From the NCBI GenBank assembly GCA_963706325.1, contig CAVPLT010000007.1, positions 416,001 to 480,000 of the forward strand: a stretch of 64,000 nucleotides of DNA, read 5' to 3'. The position numbers were made by a program, and so were the translations under genes. A model generated the notes under the pieces. That model was not told where the DNA came from and made no database searches. It saw nothing but the letters and a program-made list of their open reading frames with translations. The stretch comes from an uncultured Nitrospiraceae bacterium (GTDB lineage Bacteria > Nitrospirota > Nitrospiria > Nitrospirales > Nitrospiraceae). This document shows, piece by piece, positions 41,354 to 50,431 of this stretch. Every line of letters begins with the position of its first letter. Positions within the stretch are counted from its first letter, which is position 1.

Positions 41354-42700
41354 ATGGAGAGCGCACTGCTTTACGACCGTCTGCAGTTTGCCGTGACGTC
41401 GACCTTCCATTATCTCTTTCCGCAGTTGACCATGGGGCTGGCCCTCCTGCTCATGTATTTTCGGACCATGGACCTCCTGAGTCATCACGACCACTACCAT
41501 CATGCTGCGCGCTTCTGGACCGGCATCTTTGCCTTGAGTTTCTCCTTCGGCGTCGTGACGGGCATTCCGCTGGAGTTTCAATTCGGTACCAACTGGGCAA
41601 AATTCTCCAACTATGCCGGCGGCATCATCGGGCAAACGCTCGCCATGGAAGGGGTGTTTGCGTTCTTCCTGGAGTCGTCTTTCTTGGGTGTCCTGTTGTT
41701 CGGTGAGGGCCGGTTCAGCCGTAGGACGCAATGGTTCGCCGCGCTGATGCTGTTCCTCGGTTCCTGGCTATCCGGCTATTTCATTTTGGCGACGAATGCC
41801 TGGATGCAACATCCTGTCGCCTATGCTGTGGCTGAGAACGGCCGACTCGTGGTGGATAGTCTCATGGGATTGCTGACCAACCCCTGGCTTCCGTGGCAGT
41901 TCGCCCATAACATGACCGCGGCGGTCGTTACGGGATCGTTCGTGATGGCCGCGCTGGGCGCATTTTACGTCTTATCAGGTCAGCACCTGGCTCAGGCCAA
42001 AACGTATCTCCGGACCGGGGTGGTCGCTGGAGCGATCGCATCCCTGCTCATGATTACACCAACGGGACATGAAAATGCGCGGCAGGTGTTCGAGTATCAG
42101 CCGATCAAGGGCGCCGCCCTCGAAGGGCTCTTCCGCAGCGAGCGTGGCGCCGATATTTTGCTGATCGGCCAGCCGAACACGGAAACCATGACGATCGACA
42201 ATCCGCTCATGGTGCCTTCGGCGCTCAGCCTGCTTGTCTATTATGATCTCTATGCGAAGGTGAAGGGGCTGGATGCCTTTCCCCGGAAAGACTGGCCCGA
42301 TAACATTGCGCTGCTCTACTACTCCTATCACATCATGGCCGGACTCGGGACCATCCTGGTGGGCGTGATGGGACTCGCGCTGATCTGGTTATGGCGGGGA
42401 CGACTATTCCGAGCGAATTGGTTGCTCTGGTTGCTGATGCTCAGCGCGCCCTTTCCCTACATTGCGACGACGGCTGGCTGGATGACGACGGAAGTCGGCC
42501 GTCAACCGTGGCTGGTCTATGGCCTGCTTCGCACCGCCGATGGAATTTCTCCGCTGGTTCATTCGGGAAATGCGCTCTTCACGTTGATTGGGTTTCTCGG
42601 ATTGTATTTGTTTTTGGGTCTGCTGTTTTTGTTCCTACTCGCCGAGACCATTCGACATGGACCCCCAGAGGCCAGTCCGGCAGTGACCTCGCCTATCTAA
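41354..42700 (+). CDS. cydA: Cytochrome bd oxidase subunit I (short Q-loop)
   Basis: FHYLFP, EFQFGTNW, NAWMQHP, K.AALEG, GWMTTEVGRQPW. Confidence 0.95.
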   Translation: MESALLYDRLQFAVTSTFHYLFPQLTMGLALLLMYFRTMDLLSHHDHYHHAARFWTGIFALSFSFGVVTGIPLEFQFGTNWAKFSNYAGGIIGQTLAMEGVFAFFLESSFLGVLLFGEGRFSRRTQWFAALMLFLGSWLSGYFILATNAWMQHPVAYAVAENGRLVVDSLMGLLTNPWLPWQFAHNMTAAVVTGSFVMAALGAFYVLSGQHLAQAKTYLRTGVVAGAIASLLMITPTGHENARQVFEYQPIKGAALEGLFRSERGADILLIGQPNTETMTIDNPLMVPSALSLLVYYDLYAKVKGLDAFPRKDWPDNIALLYYSYHIMAGLGTILVGVMGLALIWLWRGRLFRANWLLWLLMLSAPFPYIATTAGWMTTEVGRQPWLVYGLLRTADGISPLVHSGNALFTLIGFLGLYLFLGLLFLFLLAETIRHGPPEASPAVTSPI

Positions 42701-42718
42701 GTGGAGAGTACGTTCGCG

Positions 42719-43768
42719 ATGGAAACCTTTTGGTACGGCGCCGTCACATTGATGCTGGCGGTGTATGTCGTGCTCGATGGATATGATTTTGGCGTCGGCA
42801 TGGTCTACCGCTTTGTGGCGCATACCGAAGAAGAGCGACGTATGACTCTGGCTGCAATCGGCCCGGTCTGGACCGGCAACGAAGTGTGGTTGATCGCTGC
42901 GGGAGGCGCGCTGTTTCTCGCTTTTCCTCGAGCCTATGCCGCAGGCTTCAGCGGTTTCTACTTGGCCTTAATCATCGTGCTCTGGTTGTTTATGGGTCGC
43001 GGCCTCGCCATTGAGTTACGCGCCCATGTAGACCATCTCCTGTGGAGACAATTTTGGGATGTCATTTTCACCGCCTCCAGCACCTTGCTCGCAGTTGTGT
43101 TCGGCATCGCGCTGGGCAATCTCATTCGCGGGGTGCCCTTAAATGCGGAGGGCTATTTCTTTGTGGCATTGTGGACCGACTTTCTTCCAGGCCATGACCC
43201 AGGCATTCTCGATTGGTTCACCTTGCTGCTGGCAATGGCCAGCGCCGTACTCCTGACCGGGCACGGGGCCAACTATCTGGCCATGAAAACCACAAATGGG
43301 TTGCAGGCCAGGGCCCGACGCGTCGCACGTTTCAGCGGATATGTCGCGGTTCCAGTGGTCGCTCTCATTCTGCCGGCCCTTTCATTGGTCCAGCCGTCTT
43401 TTAAGCTGAACTATGATGCCCATCCGATCGGATATGTGTTGCCTCTGATCGGTCTAGCCGCCCTGGCGGGCATGTTGATCTTCAGAGCGCGAGAATGGGA
43501 CGTGGCCGCATTGGCGTCATCAAGTGTGTTGCTACTGGGGTTATTGGCCAGCACGGCCTGGGGATCTTATCCCAACATTCTGATTGCCACGAGCGACCCG
43601 GCGAAAAGCTTGACGATCACGAATGCCTCAGCTGGGAGCTATGGCCTGCAAGCCGCACTGTGGTGGTTCACAATCGGAGTGGCGGTCGCGATTATCTACC
43701 AAATCTTCATTCACCGCTTGTTCTGGGGTCCTGTCAAACCGGATCCGCATGATTTTTCCGCCCACTGA
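42719..43768 (+). CDS. cydB: Cytochrome bd oxidase subunit II
   Basis: LDGYDFGVG, IGPVWTGNEVWLI. Confidence 0.95.
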   Translation: METFWYGAVTLMLAVYVVLDGYDFGVGMVYRFVAHTEEERRMTLAAIGPVWTGNEVWLIAAGGALFLAFPRAYAAGFSGFYLALIIVLWLFMGRGLAIELRAHVDHLLWRQFWDVIFTASSTLLAVVFGIALGNLIRGVPLNAEGYFFVALWTDFLPGHDPGILDWFTLLLAMASAVLLTGHGANYLAMKTTNGLQARARRVARFSGYVAVPVVALILPALSLVQPSFKLNYDAHPIGYVLPLIGLAALAGMLIFRAREWDVAALASSSVLLLGLLASTAWGSYPNILIATSDPAKSLTITNASAGSYGLQAALWWFTIGVAVAIIYQIFIHRLFWGPVKPDPHDFSAH

Positions 43769-44282
43769 TCTTTCGTATGCTTTGCCCGCTCTACTGACAA
43801 AGTGAAAGTGAATCACCAGTTGCGCAAGGGATAATTTGCCGTAAAGAAACCGGCCTGCTGATTCAATCGGTGTTGATGAAAAAGGATTGCCTCCATGCTG
43901 CGACTGTCCCGGCGCTATTCCTCACTGCTCTTAGTGGAAAGCTCGTGCTTTCCGCGCGACAGATGGCACCGATCGCCTCCAAAGCTCGACCGGGCAGGAT
44001 CGGCGCCTGATAACGCCACCGGGCTCCATGAGCTGAACGTATTGTTGGATATCTGAAGCATTTCCCCGCGCCTGGCCTTTATTCTTTCCTGCTCACCGGC
44101 TAATCCTGCCACCGCACCTGTCATCATTTTTGCAGGATTTGCCTTCACCTACCAAAGTTTTTCGCTCTGCCCATCTTCGGTGGAATAGGCCGTTCGGCAC
44201 TTGTCGCATACGCTTAATCTATCAAGCCATAAGCAAGTTGTCTCGCTGACACGGCAGTCCCACTTATGAAAAAAGGAGCAGC

Positions 44283-44618
44283 ATGGAAGAGGCTAACCAT
44301 TCCAAGTATCAAGGTGAGAAGGCCGTCGCAGTCAGCGTTCGGCTCAAACCGGTCGGTCAATCCGACCAGCCAGCCCTCGTGAACTATACCCATGTTGGAT
44401 TGGCTCAAGGTTTGGCCTATGTGGATTTCGGATTTTTGGAACCCGCCCTACTGAGTGCCGTCATTCAGCGCGTACAGCAGGGTGAGGCACTACCCCAGCA
44501 CCTTGAGGGGGCCAGAGGTGCGCGCGTGGCGCTTCCACTCGACGCACTTGTGCGTCTGCATCAGCAACTCACTCAGGTTGTGAAGGGCCTCCAACGCACC
44601 CCCACCGCCCAGTCGTAA
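44283..44618 (+). CDS. Small protein, DUF3467-like
   Basis: AAGGAG RBS; VNY..V......VDFGF.EP...ARVALP....L..QL pattern. Confidence 0.6.
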   Translation: MEEANHSKYQGEKAVAVSVRLKPVGQSDQPALVNYTHVGLAQGLAYVDFGFLEPALLSAVIQRVQQGEALPQHLEGARGARVALPLDALVRLHQQLTQVVKGLQRTPTAQS

Positions 44619-44642
44619 TTCATCCTCAGACGAAACGAGCCC

Positions 44643-46790
44643 ATGGACGCACCCGCCCACGAATCGACCTCGTCTGCCCCGGATACTGGCCTCCACTGTC
44701 TCTTGTTACTAGCGCGGTTTCACGGCCTGGCGGCCGACGGTGCACAGTTGCGGCATCAGTTCGGAGAAACCGGACAGCCGCTCACGCAACGTGAGTTGCT
44801 GCGTGCCGCCAAACATGTGGGGCTCAAAGCTGGACGGGTCACGGCAACCTGGGGCCGCTTAACCGATAAGCCGCTTCCGGCCATTGCAGTCTGCGCCGAC
44901 GGGCATTGCGTACTTCTGGCGAAAGTAGAGGCAGAGCGGGTACTCCTCCATGACCCGCAGCATCTGCAGCCGACCATCCTAACTAAAGAACGCTTCGAGG
45001 CAATGTGGACCGGAGAATTGCTCCTGGTCACCACACGTGCAGGTATGCGTCCAGAGGATATTGCCTTCGGCTTCAGCTGGTTCATCCCGGCGATCGTCAA
45101 ACACCGGCGGTTGCTCGGCGAAGTGCTGCTCGCCTCCTTCTTCGTGCAACTCTTCGCCTTCGTCACCCCGCTCTTCACCCAAGTGGTCATCGACAAGGTG
45201 CTTGTGCATAAAGGCTTCACGACCCTGCATGTCATGGCGGTCGGTATGATCGCGTTGGCTCTATTCGATGGGTTGTTGAGTGGCCTGCGGACCTATCTCT
45301 TTGCGCATACCAGCAACCGGATCGACGTGGGCCTTGGGGCGCAACTCTTTCGTCATGTCCTCGCGCTGCCCCTGGCCTATTTTGAAGCGCGCCGAGTGGG
45401 AGACACCATTGCGCGAGTGCGCGAGCTCGAGCAGATCCGCCAGTTTCTGACGAGCAATTCCGTGACCGTCATGCTCGATGTTTTGTTTGGCGCGGTGTTT
45501 CTTCTAGTCATGTGGTGCTATAGCTCGACCCTGACCCTGGTCGTTCTCGCCTCCCTGCCGCTCTATGCAATCCTGTCGGTGGCGATCACCCCGCTGATCC
45601 GTACCCGTCTTAACGAGAAATTCAATCGCGGAGCCGAAAATCAATCCTTCCTCGTCGAGACCATCAGCGGCATTCAGACCGTGAAGGCCCTCGCGGTCGA
45701 GCCTCCTCTACAGCGCCGATGGGATGAACAGCTGGCCGGGTACGTCAGCGCCAGCTTCAAGGCGACAAACGTGATCACGATTGCAAGCCAGATTGCCTCC
45801 TTTATCCAAAAGAGCACGACCATTGGAATTCTGTGGATCGGCGCCTATCAGGTCATCGGGGGGGATCTGAGTATTGGGCAGCTCATTGCCTTCAACATGC
45901 TGGCCGGTCAGGTGACAGGACCGCTCCTGCGACTGGTGAATCTATGGCAAGAGTTCCAGCAGGTGGGCATTTCGGTGCAACGGTTGGGGGATGTGCTGAA
46001 CACCAGGCCGGAGCTCTCTTCTAATTCCACGCGTACGACACTCCCACAGGTGGCCGGCCAGATTACCCTGGAGGACGTCACTTTTCGCTATCGACCAGAT
46101 AGCCGGGAAGTCCTCCACCAGGTCTCGCTCATCATTCAACCGGGGCAGGTCATCGGCATCGTCGGTCGGTCCGGATCTGGCAAGAGCACCATCACCAAAC
46201 TGATTCAACGTCTGCATGTTCCTGAACGTGGCCGAGTCATGGTCGATGGCGTCGATCTGACGCAAGTGGATCCAGCCTGGTTGCGTCGGCAAGTCGGGGT
46301 GGTGATGCAGGAAAATTTTCTTTTCAACCGTTCCGTACGAGACAACATCTCCTTGACCGATCCGGGGCTCTCGATGGACCGCGTCATCCAGGCAGCGAAG
46401 TTGGCAGGCGCCCACGAGTTCATTCTTGAATTGCCTGAGGGGTATGACACGCTGGTCGGAGAGCATGGCTGTTCGCTGTCCGGCGGCCAGCGCCAGCGCA
46501 TTGCCATTGCGCGTGCGTTGATCGCCAATCCACGGATTCTCATCTTCGATGAAGCCACCAGCGCATTGGACTATGAGTCGGAAGCGATCATTCAGCAGAA
46601 CATGGCGCAGATCTGCAAAGGCCGCACGGTCATCATCATTGCCCATCGTCTCAGCACCGTACGTCCTGCGCATCGGGTCTATGTCATCGATCAAGGGCAA
46701 CTGGTGGAGCAAGGCACGCACGAGGATTTGCTGAAACGACAAGGCATGTATCACCGCCTCCATGCCCATCAGGAAGGGAAAGCCGCATGA
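44643..46790 (+). CDS. hlyB: Type I secretion ABC transporter with degenerate C39-like domain
   Basis: DTGL N-domain, GRSGSGKST, LSGGQRQR, DEATSALD. Confidence 0.93.
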   Translation: MDAPAHESTSSAPDTGLHCLLLLARFHGLAADGAQLRHQFGETGQPLTQRELLRAAKHVGLKAGRVTATWGRLTDKPLPAIAVCADGHCVLLAKVEAERVLLHDPQHLQPTILTKERFEAMWTGELLLVTTRAGMRPEDIAFGFSWFIPAIVKHRRLLGEVLLASFFVQLFAFVTPLFTQVVIDKVLVHKGFTTLHVMAVGMIALALFDGLLSGLRTYLFAHTSNRIDVGLGAQLFRHVLALPLAYFEARRVGDTIARVRELEQIRQFLTSNSVTVMLDVLFGAVFLLVMWCYSSTLTLVVLASLPLYAILSVAITPLIRTRLNEKFNRGAENQSFLVETISGIQTVKALAVEPPLQRRWDEQLAGYVSASFKATNVITIASQIASFIQKSTTIGILWIGAYQVIGGDLSIGQLIAFNMLAGQVTGPLLRLVNLWQEFQQVGISVQRLGDVLNTRPELSSNSTRTTLPQVAGQITLEDVTFRYRPDSREVLHQVSLIIQPGQVIGIVGRSGSGKSTITKLIQRLHVPERGRVMVDGVDLTQVDPAWLRRQVGVVMQENFLFNRSVRDNISLTDPGLSMDRVIQAAKLAGAHEFILELPEGYDTLVGEHGCSLSGGQRQRIAIARALIANPRILIFDEATSALDYESEAIIQQNMAQICKGRTVIIIAHRLSTVRPAHRVYVIDQGQLVEQGTHEDLLKRQGMYHRLHAHQEGKAA

Positions 46791-48190
46791 GGAGGCCGAG
46801 CATGATGCGATGGTGGGAGGTCTGGTCTACGGCCTGGGAAGCGGAGAGACGACAGACGGCTACGGCCCCAGCGTCGGGGAGATCGGTCGAGTTTCTGCCA
46901 GCGGCGTTGGAGATTCAAGTTGCACCCCCATCCCCGATCGGGCGGGCGATTCTCTGGACGATCATGGCGCTTCTTACCGTCTCCGTAGTCTGGGCCTCGG
47001 TCGGGCAGATCGACATCGTGGCGACCGCGCAGGGGAAAATTATCCCCAACGGATATTCGAAAGTGGTCCAGCCTTATGAAACTGGAGTCATTGCCGCGAT
47101 TCGTGTTCAGGACGGTCAGGTGGTGAAGCAGGGCGAGGTGCTGATTGAAATGGACCCGACGCAAAATCAAGCGGACCGTGACCGTGCCTCCAATGAGTAT
47201 CGCGCCACCAAGGTCGAGGCTGCCCGCCTCCAGGCCCTTGTCGCGGGAGCAGCCACGTTTGTGGCGCCGCCGGATAGCGATCCCCAATATGTCCGACTCC
47301 AGCAACAACTGCTTCGTGATCAACTAGACGAGTTTCAGGCACGAGTCGATGCGACCCAATATATCATCACGCAACGGATGGCGGCGATTGATGCGACCAG
47401 GGAGAATGTTCAGCGGCTCTCGGCGACGCTACCGATGGAAACGGAGCGGGCTACCGCCTTCAAACGGCTGATGGAGCGGGATGCCATCACCAAGCTTGAC
47501 TATCTCCAAGCGGAAGGGCAGCGGATCGATAAGTTACAGGAATTGGCCGGGCAACAGCACAAGCTTCGTCAGGATCAGGCGGCCTTGGCGGAAGCCGAAA
47601 AGAATCGGCGGGCACTGATCTCGGAATTCCAGCAGACAAAACAATCGGAACTCTCAACCCTCGAAACCAAAGCGGCCTCCATCTCACAGGACGTGACCAA
47701 GGCCAGACAGAAGGCGGAACTGCAACGACTCATCAGTCCGATCGATGGCGTGGTGCAGCAGCTGGCGGTGCATACGGTCGGGGGTGTTGTGACGCCGGCG
47801 CAACCGTTGCTCATCGTGGTGCCGCAGGACCATCCAGTGGAAGTCGAAGCGCAGCTGGAAAACAAAGATGTCGGGTTCGTCAAGGAGGGGCAGTCCGCTG
47901 AAATCAAGATCGAAACCTTTCCCTTCACCCTCTACGGCACCATCCCCGGTACCGTGCTCACTGTATCAGATGATGCCGTCCCCATTGATAAAAACAAGCC
48001 TGCGGATGGTTTGGTCTTCGCCACGCGGGTGAATCTCGCGAGTGGGACGATTCTTGTGGAGGGCAAGAGCGTGCATCTGTCCCCTGGCATGGTTGTAACC
48101 GTCGAAATCACGACCGGTCGGCGGCGCGTGATTGAGTACCTATTGAGTCCTGTTCTCAAGTCGTTGCAAGAAAGCTTGAGGGAACGGTAA
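46787..48190 (+). CDS. hlyD: Type I secretion membrane fusion protein
   Basis: EFLPAALE, SPIDGVVQQLAVHTVGGVV, FPFTLYG, IEYLLSP. Confidence 0.93.
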   Translation: MRRPSMMRWWEVWSTAWEAERRQTATAPASGRSVEFLPAALEIQVAPPSPIGRAILWTIMALLTVSVVWASVGQIDIVATAQGKIIPNGYSKVVQPYETGVIAAIRVQDGQVVKQGEVLIEMDPTQNQADRDRASNEYRATKVEAARLQALVAGAATFVAPPDSDPQYVRLQQQLLRDQLDEFQARVDATQYIITQRMAAIDATRENVQRLSATLPMETERATAFKRLMERDAITKLDYLQAEGQRIDKLQELAGQQHKLRQDQAALAEAEKNRRALISEFQQTKQSELSTLETKAASISQDVTKARQKAELQRLISPIDGVVQQLAVHTVGGVVTPAQPLLIVVPQDHPVEVEAQLENKDVGFVKEGQSAEIKIETFPFTLYGTIPGTVLTVSDDAVPIDKNKPADGLVFATRVNLASGTILVEGKSVHLSPGMVVTVEITTGRRRVIEYLLSPVLKSLQESLRER

Positions 48191-48195
48191 GGCCG

Positions 48196-49542
48196 ATGCC
48201 ACGCGTGGGATTCATAGTCGGACGGGTTTTCCTCGTCGCGATCCTAATGGTGTTCGCGACTCCCCATGAGGCGAAGGCCACCGAGGTTGAGCAGGCGACG
48301 AAGATTCCCGTGTCTGAAATTCATTTAAGTCTCCGCGCCGCAATGGCTGCGGCAGCCCAACAGAATCCCTCGGTCCTTCTGTCAAAAGAACGGATCGAAG
48401 CGTCCAGAGGTGACGTCACGACCCAGCTGGGCGCTATGCTTCCAAACCTCTCAGCCAATGTTCGGCAAAGCCAACAGACACAGTTCCTCGGCACGTTCGG
48501 CCTTGCAGCGGTCCGGACCGAGCCATTCAGCATTTTTGATGCGCGCGTGAGTGCTTCGCAGAACCTTTTCAGTCTTAGTCTGATCCAGCGCTGGCGTGCG
48601 TCGCGGGAGGCCCTACAGGTTGCTGAGTTCGACGCCCAAAGCAGCCGGTTCGATACGATGGCCAGCACGGGGTTGGCCTATCTCGAAGGGGTAAAAGCGG
48701 CCACCGCCTTAGCCATGCGGCAAGCCAATCAGCAATTGATCCGAGAATTGTTGTCGACCACGAAGGTTCGGCGGCACGAAGGGGCCGCGACCGGATTGGA
48801 GGTTGCGCGATTGGAAGGGCAATTGGCCAACGAGCAGCAGCAGGTCGTGGCAGCACAGGCTGACCTCGAGCGAGCCAAAAACACCCTCGGAAATCTCTTG
48901 GGCCTCACGTTTGAAGTCCGGATGACGCTGACTGACCACTTACAACCCCAGGTTCCAGAGGCCGCAGCGGCGCAGGCAGCCTGGGAGCAGGCTGTCACCA
49001 ACCGTGCCGAAGTGCAGGCACAGGCGAAACGGATCAAGTCGGCGGAACTCAGCTATTCCTCCGTGACCGGGGAGCGTCTGCCGTCTTTGGTGGCACAGGG
49101 GGACACCGGCCTGATCGGCAATCGATGGAACAATAGCCTGGATACCTACAATATGGCACTCTTGCTGCAAATCCCATTGTTCGATGGAGGCCAGCGAGAG
49201 GGACGAATCAGCACGGCCCGAAGTCAGGTGCGGCAGGAGGCCCTTCGGATGCAGGTGGTGTTGAATCAGGTGCGGGCCGAGGTCAATGAGGCCCGAATCG
49301 CATTGGCGGCGGCCAGAGACAAGGCGGCGCTGGCCCAGGCCGGATTACAGGCGGCGACGAAAGAAACGGCATTGGCGAAAGAACGCTACGCCATCCTGAC
49401 CGCCGCCAGCCAGTTCGACGTGATCACCGCCATCACGTCGATGGCGCGAGCCCGGGAGAATCTCGTTGGAGCCTTGTTTGAGCTGAACGCCGCTCGCGTG
49501 AACTATGCGCGGGCGACTGGGGCGTTGGAGTCGTTGAGCTAG
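48196..49542 (+). CDS. TolC-family outer-membrane channel
   Basis: Signal peptide, LP.LS, IPLFDGG, two OEP repeats. Confidence 0.88.
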   Translation: MPRVGFIVGRVFLVAILMVFATPHEAKATEVEQATKIPVSEIHLSLRAAMAAAAQQNPSVLLSKERIEASRGDVTTQLGAMLPNLSANVRQSQQTQFLGTFGLAAVRTEPFSIFDARVSASQNLFSLSLIQRWRASREALQVAEFDAQSSRFDTMASTGLAYLEGVKAATALAMRQANQQLIRELLSTTKVRRHEGAATGLEVARLEGQLANEQQQVVAAQADLERAKNTLGNLLGLTFEVRMTLTDHLQPQVPEAAAAQAAWEQAVTNRAEVQAQAKRIKSAELSYSSVTGERLPSLVAQGDTGLIGNRWNNSLDTYNMALLLQIPLFDGGQREGRISTARSQVRQEALRMQVVLNQVRAEVNEARIALAAARDKAALAQAGLQAATKETALAKERYAILTAASQFDVITAITSMARARENLVGALFELNAARVNYARATGALESLS

Positions 49543-49862
49543 CGTCATGTAAAACGCAGTTGAACCATATAATGGACCGGCATTCGATTGCCATAACTTG
49601 GTAGATAGATTAGGAAAAAATAAGGAGTAACTTTAGAATCATACGTAGGAGTGTAACTGATCCTGTTTCAGCAGCTTCCACAACGCGTTGGCAATCGCAT
49701 TGGTCGCATATAGGATTTCATGTGGTCATGGCCTGCATCGCAATGCCAAGGCACTAATCCTTCATGACAGCCGGTAAGATCAACATACAGGCATGTCGGA
49801 CGGGAAAGGCACTAGAAATGATTTCTCACACACCCTTCTTTCTTACATGAAAGGTGGCACAG

Positions 49863-50406
49863 ATGATCGCGATCTCACTTTTCATTGGACTGATGCTGTA
49901 CAGCTTTTTTGCATGGTTCACCATTCGAGTGGTGGGAAGGGTGGCATTATTTTGCGCATTCGCTGCTACAACCAAGAGAGTCTTGCAGATCATTTGCGCG
50001 ATGGTCTTCCTGTTAGTGCCGACGTGGGACATCATTCCAAGTCGGCTGTACTTTAAGCATCTATGCGAGCATGAGGCCGGTGTTAAGGCTTTCAAAATAG
50101 TGGAGATTGATAAGTCTTATTTTAAGCAAGATGGAAAGCCTGACGATAAACAGCTCCTTGAGCATTACGCCCAATTTAGTAAGCATGATCCTAGATTTTC
50201 ATCCTGGGCGCATATCACCAAAATAGAAGGGGCCATTCAGGATAAGCAAACCAACGAATTACTTGGGACAGTAACGGATTTTGTCTATTACGGCGGTTGG
50301 TTTGGATCGCGCATCGATCCCATGTCTCCAGTGACTTGCCCAAGATTTCCTAGGATGCACATCGTTGCACGACCTCATCTGGCAAGCGGTTTTCAAGCAA
50401 AAGTAA
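49863..50406 (+). CDS. Two-TM-anchored periplasmic protein, candidate immunity protein (probable frameshift near 50345)
   Basis: Two N-terminal TM helices, WDII..LYFKHLC..EAG motif; the +1 frame ends LIWQAVFKQK* at 50406, just before the RTX RBS. Confidence 0.6.
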
Positions 50407-50431
50407 GTGTACCTTATCAAAAGGAATTTAG

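Noticed and set aside
45942..46769. Long antisense ORFs opposite hlyB, the RND genes and glgB
   Set aside because: Expected from GC-rich codon bias opposite well-supported genes.
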